A stretch of DNA of 64,000 nt, taken from the NCBI GenBank assembly GCA_013415865.1, contig CP058896.1, positions 971,957 to 1,035,956 on the forward strand, written 5' to 3'. The DNA comes from Methanomassiliicoccales archaeon (GTDB lineage Archaea; Thermoplasmatota; Thermoplasmata; Methanomassiliicoccales; UBA472). A model generated the notes under the pieces. That model saw only the letters and a list, made by a program, of their open reading frames with translations. It had not been told where the DNA came from and did not search any database. Below are positions 61,331-64,000 of this stretch, piece after piece. The translations under genes and the position numbers were made by a program. Positions within the stretch are counted from its first letter, which is position 1, and each line of letters opens with the position of its first letter.

Positions 61331-62650
61331 GTGATACCGACAACTAAAAATAATGCGCTCCGGATGATTGCGCTCATGGAGCAGACTGGTGGGGACGCGC
61401 CAAAATGGCCTTTCTGCGGTCACTGCGGGAGGGCCATCCCAAAAGATTCCCGTTTCTGTCCATATTGCGGGGCCAGTACGTCCCTTCCTCGATCGGTGCC
61501 GGCATATAGCCCGTACCTATACTCATCATTGCCAAAGGAGACGACCTGGCAGAAGACCAGAAGGTTTGCTGCCATCGTCGTTGCGTTCGTCACATTGGCG
61601 GTGCTCATCGAGGTCGCGTTGAACGTCGTCCTGCTCCTTTGGGGTGTAACAATAATCGCCCCTAACTCTGGCCTTCATTTTCCCATCTTCATAGTCACAC
61701 CATTCATCGTGACGTTGTTCGAGGTGACCGGTCCAGCGTTCCTGCTGTACCTCGGTTTCATCGTGGTGTGCATCGTCGCGTCCTTCGCGTTCATGACATG
61801 GAAGAGCTGGAGGACCTTCAACGAGGAGCTTATGGGCATCCGTCCGAAAGGAGGGCACAGCCCGTTGTTCGTGATAGCTACGATCTTCTTCGCAGTCGTC
61901 TTCTTCAATGTCATCTTCGTTCTGTTGGTCCAGGCGTTCGGCGTCGAGCCCTCCTCGCCCGGTCTGGAGGACCAGGACCTATGGGAGATCATGTACGACC
62001 TTGCCAACGCCTCTATCTGGGAGGAGGTCATCACCAGGGTCCTTTACATCGGGGTCCCTCTTTTGTTATACGATCTTGTGACCGGCCATCGCAAGCCTGC
62101 CCGCCGATATCTACTTGGCGGGGGATTCGAGCTTAAGGGGGCGGCGATCTTCTTCCTCTTTTTCTCTGCAGGGATGTTCGGTGTTGCGCATGTCTTCAAT
62201 TGGGACCTGTGGAAGATAGCGCCAACGTTCGTGTCGGGGCTTGGCCTTGGCTATCTCTTCCTGAGATACGGCCTCTACGCCTCCGTGATGATGCACTTCT
62301 TCGTGGACTACTTGGCCATGCCGACCTATGTCTTCGAGAGCGACCTTGCAGACGTGGCCGTAGGCCTTCTTACGCTGGCGATACTCGCCGCAGGGTTCAT
62401 CTGCTTCGTTTACTACCTAGGAAAGGTCTATACGTTCTTGACCGGGAAGGAAATCATCTTAGAAAAGCCAGTGACGACCGGTGGGACCGTTGTTGTCGAT
62501 CAATATAATGTATCCGTCCCGCCGCCCGTCCAATCATCCCTGCCCACCCCCCAGACCGGGTTCGGGTTCGTCTGCAGGTACTGCGGTAACACCGAGGCAA
62601 GATACCATGATGGTACGTTGACCTGCACGAGGTGCCAGAGGAAGAACTGA
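61331..62650 (+). CDS. CPBP-family intramembrane metalloprotease with zinc ribbons at both termini
   Basis: ORF track (439 aa, GTG start; ATG alternatives at 61364 and 61376). N-terminal CGHCG...CPYCG, multi-TM core with EE..R (WEEVITR) and FGVAH/HFFVD motifs, and C-terminal CRYCG...CTRC. Confidence 0.7.
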   Translation: MIPTTKNNALRMIALMEQTGGDAPKWPFCGHCGRAIPKDSRFCPYCGASTSLPRSVPAYSPYLYSSLPKETTWQKTRRFAAIVVAFVTLAVLIEVALNVVLLLWGVTIIAPNSGLHFPIFIVTPFIVTLFEVTGPAFLLYLGFIVVCIVASFAFMTWKSWRTFNEELMGIRPKGGHSPLFVIATIFFAVVFFNVIFVLLVQAFGVEPSSPGLEDQDLWEIMYDLANASIWEEVITRVLYIGVPLLLYDLVTGHRKPARRYLLGGGFELKGAAIFFLFFSAGMFGVAHVFNWDLWKIAPTFVSGLGLGYLFLRYGLYASVMMHFFVDYLAMPTYVFESDLADVAVGLLTLAILAAGFICFVYYLGKVYTFLTGKEIILEKPVTTGGTVVVDQYNVSVPPPVQSSLPTPQTGFGFVCRYCGNTEARYHDGTLTCTRCQRKN

Positions 62651-62651
62651 C

Positions 62652-63422
62652 CTAATGATGGGATAGGAGGTCATTTAGCCTCTCCTTAGAGGTTGATGCG
62701 TCCTCGAGCCTCCTCGCCTCGATCACATACCTTCCTTTATATGACGAGAGCTTGGAGATTATCGGGGCGAAATCGATGTTCCCATCGCCTATCGGAAGAT
62801 GTTGATCGTACTTGCCCATGTTGTCATGGATGTGTATATTGACTATCAGGTCTTTGAGCCCAAGGTACTCGTGTATATTCCTCGTTGTGTTCGCATGCCC
62901 GATATCAAGGCAGACCTTCATCTCCGTCCCTTCGATCATCGAGAGCAGTTCATCCGGCGTCTTGACCATCGAGATGGGCATGTCAGGCATATTCTCCAAC
63001 GCCACCGTCACACTGTTCTCTTTTGCCACTTTATCGATCGCCTTTATAGAGGCGATGGTGACGTGCCTCGCCTCTTCTCGGTCGACCATTCCAAGAGGAG
63101 TGTAAAATCCTGGATGCAAGGTGAAGGGGCCGAACCCGAGCCTTCCTGCCACCTCTATCGAGCTGATGACCTCCTTCATCGCCTGGTCCCTCATCCTTGG
63201 GTTGAGGCTGCCGATGTTGACATCGCTCAGCGGCGTGTGCACCGAGACCTTGAGGTCATATGATGGCAGCAGCGCTCTGAGGGCGGGCTCTATGTCCGGA
63301 AGATGGTGCCCCCCTTCCCCGACGATCTCCCAGCCCTTGAACCTGGGGGCCACAAATGCGAGCGACTCCTCCACTGAGAACCTCGTCAGGGCATGTGATG
63401 ATATGGCTATCCTGTCGTTCAT
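62652..63422 (-). CDS. Sugar phosphate isomerase/epimerase (xylose-isomerase-like TIM barrel)
   Basis: ORF track (256 aa). Contains LHPGF, ALENM, CLDIGHA and HIHDN motifs. Confidence 0.75.
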   Translation of the reverse strand: MNDRIAISSHALTRFSVEESLAFVAPRFKGWEIVGEGGHHLPDIEPALRALLPSYDLKVSVHTPLSDVNIGSLNPRMRDQAMKEVISSIEVAGRLGFGPFTLHPGFYTPLGMVDREEARHVTIASIKAIDKVAKENSVTVALENMPDMPISMVKTPDELLSMIEGTEMKVCLDIGHANTTRNIHEYLGLKDLIVNIHIHDNMGKYDQHLPIGDGNIDFAPIISKLSSYKGRYVIEARRLEDASTSKERLNDLLSHH

Positions 63423-63802
63423 TCTATCACCTCCCCGTCCACCGTCATGGGGGCGATCTGGCTTATAGATGCCTCTATGTCGTCATCCTCGATGGTGACG
63501 GTGATGTTGCCCAGGGGCGGTGACCCCTCGGCCATGCTCACCTTTCCAGCATATGCGGCCTGCTTGTTCAAATGGAACGTCGTCCTGTTCCCTTCAATGC
63601 CTGCGATCATCCTCCCCCTCACAGCATCCAGTATCCTATGCTGACGGATGAGCGTCATGAACGTCCCAAGTTCGGTGGGCCTCGCTGTGATCTCGTCCTC
63701 CTCCACGACGACGTTCTCCGTCGGGAATATGTTGAGCACCGCTTCCCTGACCTTCTCCGCATCCTCCGTAGGGTAGACCTTGGCCCTGACCGAGACCATC
63801 AT
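63419..63802 (-). CDS. UPF0201-family putative RNA-binding protein
   Basis: ORF track (127 aa). N-terminal VSVRAKVYPTEDAEKVREAVLNIFP is typical of UPF0201. Its stop overlaps the downstream start. Confidence 0.65.
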   Translation of the reverse strand: MMVSVRAKVYPTEDAEKVREAVLNIFPTENVVVEEDEITARPTELGTFMTLIRQHRILDAVRGRMIAGIEGNRTTFHLNKQAAYAGKVSMAEGSPPLGNITVTIEDDDIEASISQIAPMTVDGEVIE

Positions 63803-63858
63803 ATGTCCTGGTCATAAGGGGAATAACTATTAAAAACGGATTCCCGTATCCGAGACCG

Positions 63859-64000
63859 ATGAGCGACAGGCTGATAGAGTCCCTGGCCAGCCAAGGCTTC
63901 CTTCTTGATTCCGAGGCCGAGAGGTTCATCCGTAGCCAGGAGGACCCCCTTGGTTTCATCCGAGGGGCGATAGATGCCATGGAGGAGCGGCCGCTCATAA
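63859..64000 (+). CDS. 5' end of a gene running off the right edge; N-terminus resembles the DNA polymerase II (PolD) small subunit DP1
   Basis: Not in the track because there is no stop in the window. ATG at 63859: MSDRLIESLASQGFLLDSEAERFIRSQEDPLGFIRGAIDAMEERPLI. A TATA-like ctattaaaaac lies about 30 nt upstream. Identity is tentative because only 47 aa are visible. Confidence 0.35.
   Translation, partial: MSDRLIESLASQGFLLDSEAERFIRSQEDPLGFIRGAIDAMEERPLI

Overview
This is a dense archaeal chromosomal core segment with about 75 protein genes and 2 tRNAs. I saw no rRNA, CRISPR array, transposase or integrase. The gene content points to a euryarchaeon: an rpoH-rpoB(unsplit)-rpoA1 operon, TBP, TFB, Orc1/Cdc6, PriL, Spt5, aEF-1beta, Gar1, a two-domain EndA, Cdc48, FtsZ-based division, and the secE-spt5-rpl11 and rpl1-rplP0-rpl12 clusters. 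It fits Thermoplasmata/Methanomassiliicoccales-like lineages best, but that is inference from gene content only. Housekeeping genes are about 55-63% GC by hand counts. Two regions deviate strongly: a 160-bp block with 12% GC at 16.76-16.92 kb, and a roughly 40-45% GC island (55.8-59.8 kb) encoding a 1255-aa surface protein with a pilin-type signal.

The most notable observations are:
1. A cell-division supercluster with three FtsZ genes in 6.6 kb. Two of them sit next to a small DNA-binding protein: a single-chain tandem RHH upstream of a divergent FtsZ, and an XRE HTH divergent from a second FtsZ across an extreme AT-rich region with duplicated palindromes.
2. A tRNA-Lys(UUU) carrying two introns, in the D-loop and T-loop, with none at 37/38. 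The window also encodes a homodimer-type (alpha'2) EndA.
3. An Spt5/NusG with a roughly 146-aa beta-rich N-terminal extension.
4. A CxxC-X24-CxxC zinc-ribbon insertion inside RpoB.
5. A Phr/HSR1-like wHTH, sHsp, Cdc48, sHsp proteostasis locus. Its two promoters share an 11-nt core placed exactly 26 nt upstream of both start codons.
6. Two unannotated 55-aa ORFs, and several TTG/GTG starts in core genes.

All calls come from reading the sequence and the supplied ORF track, with no database searches.
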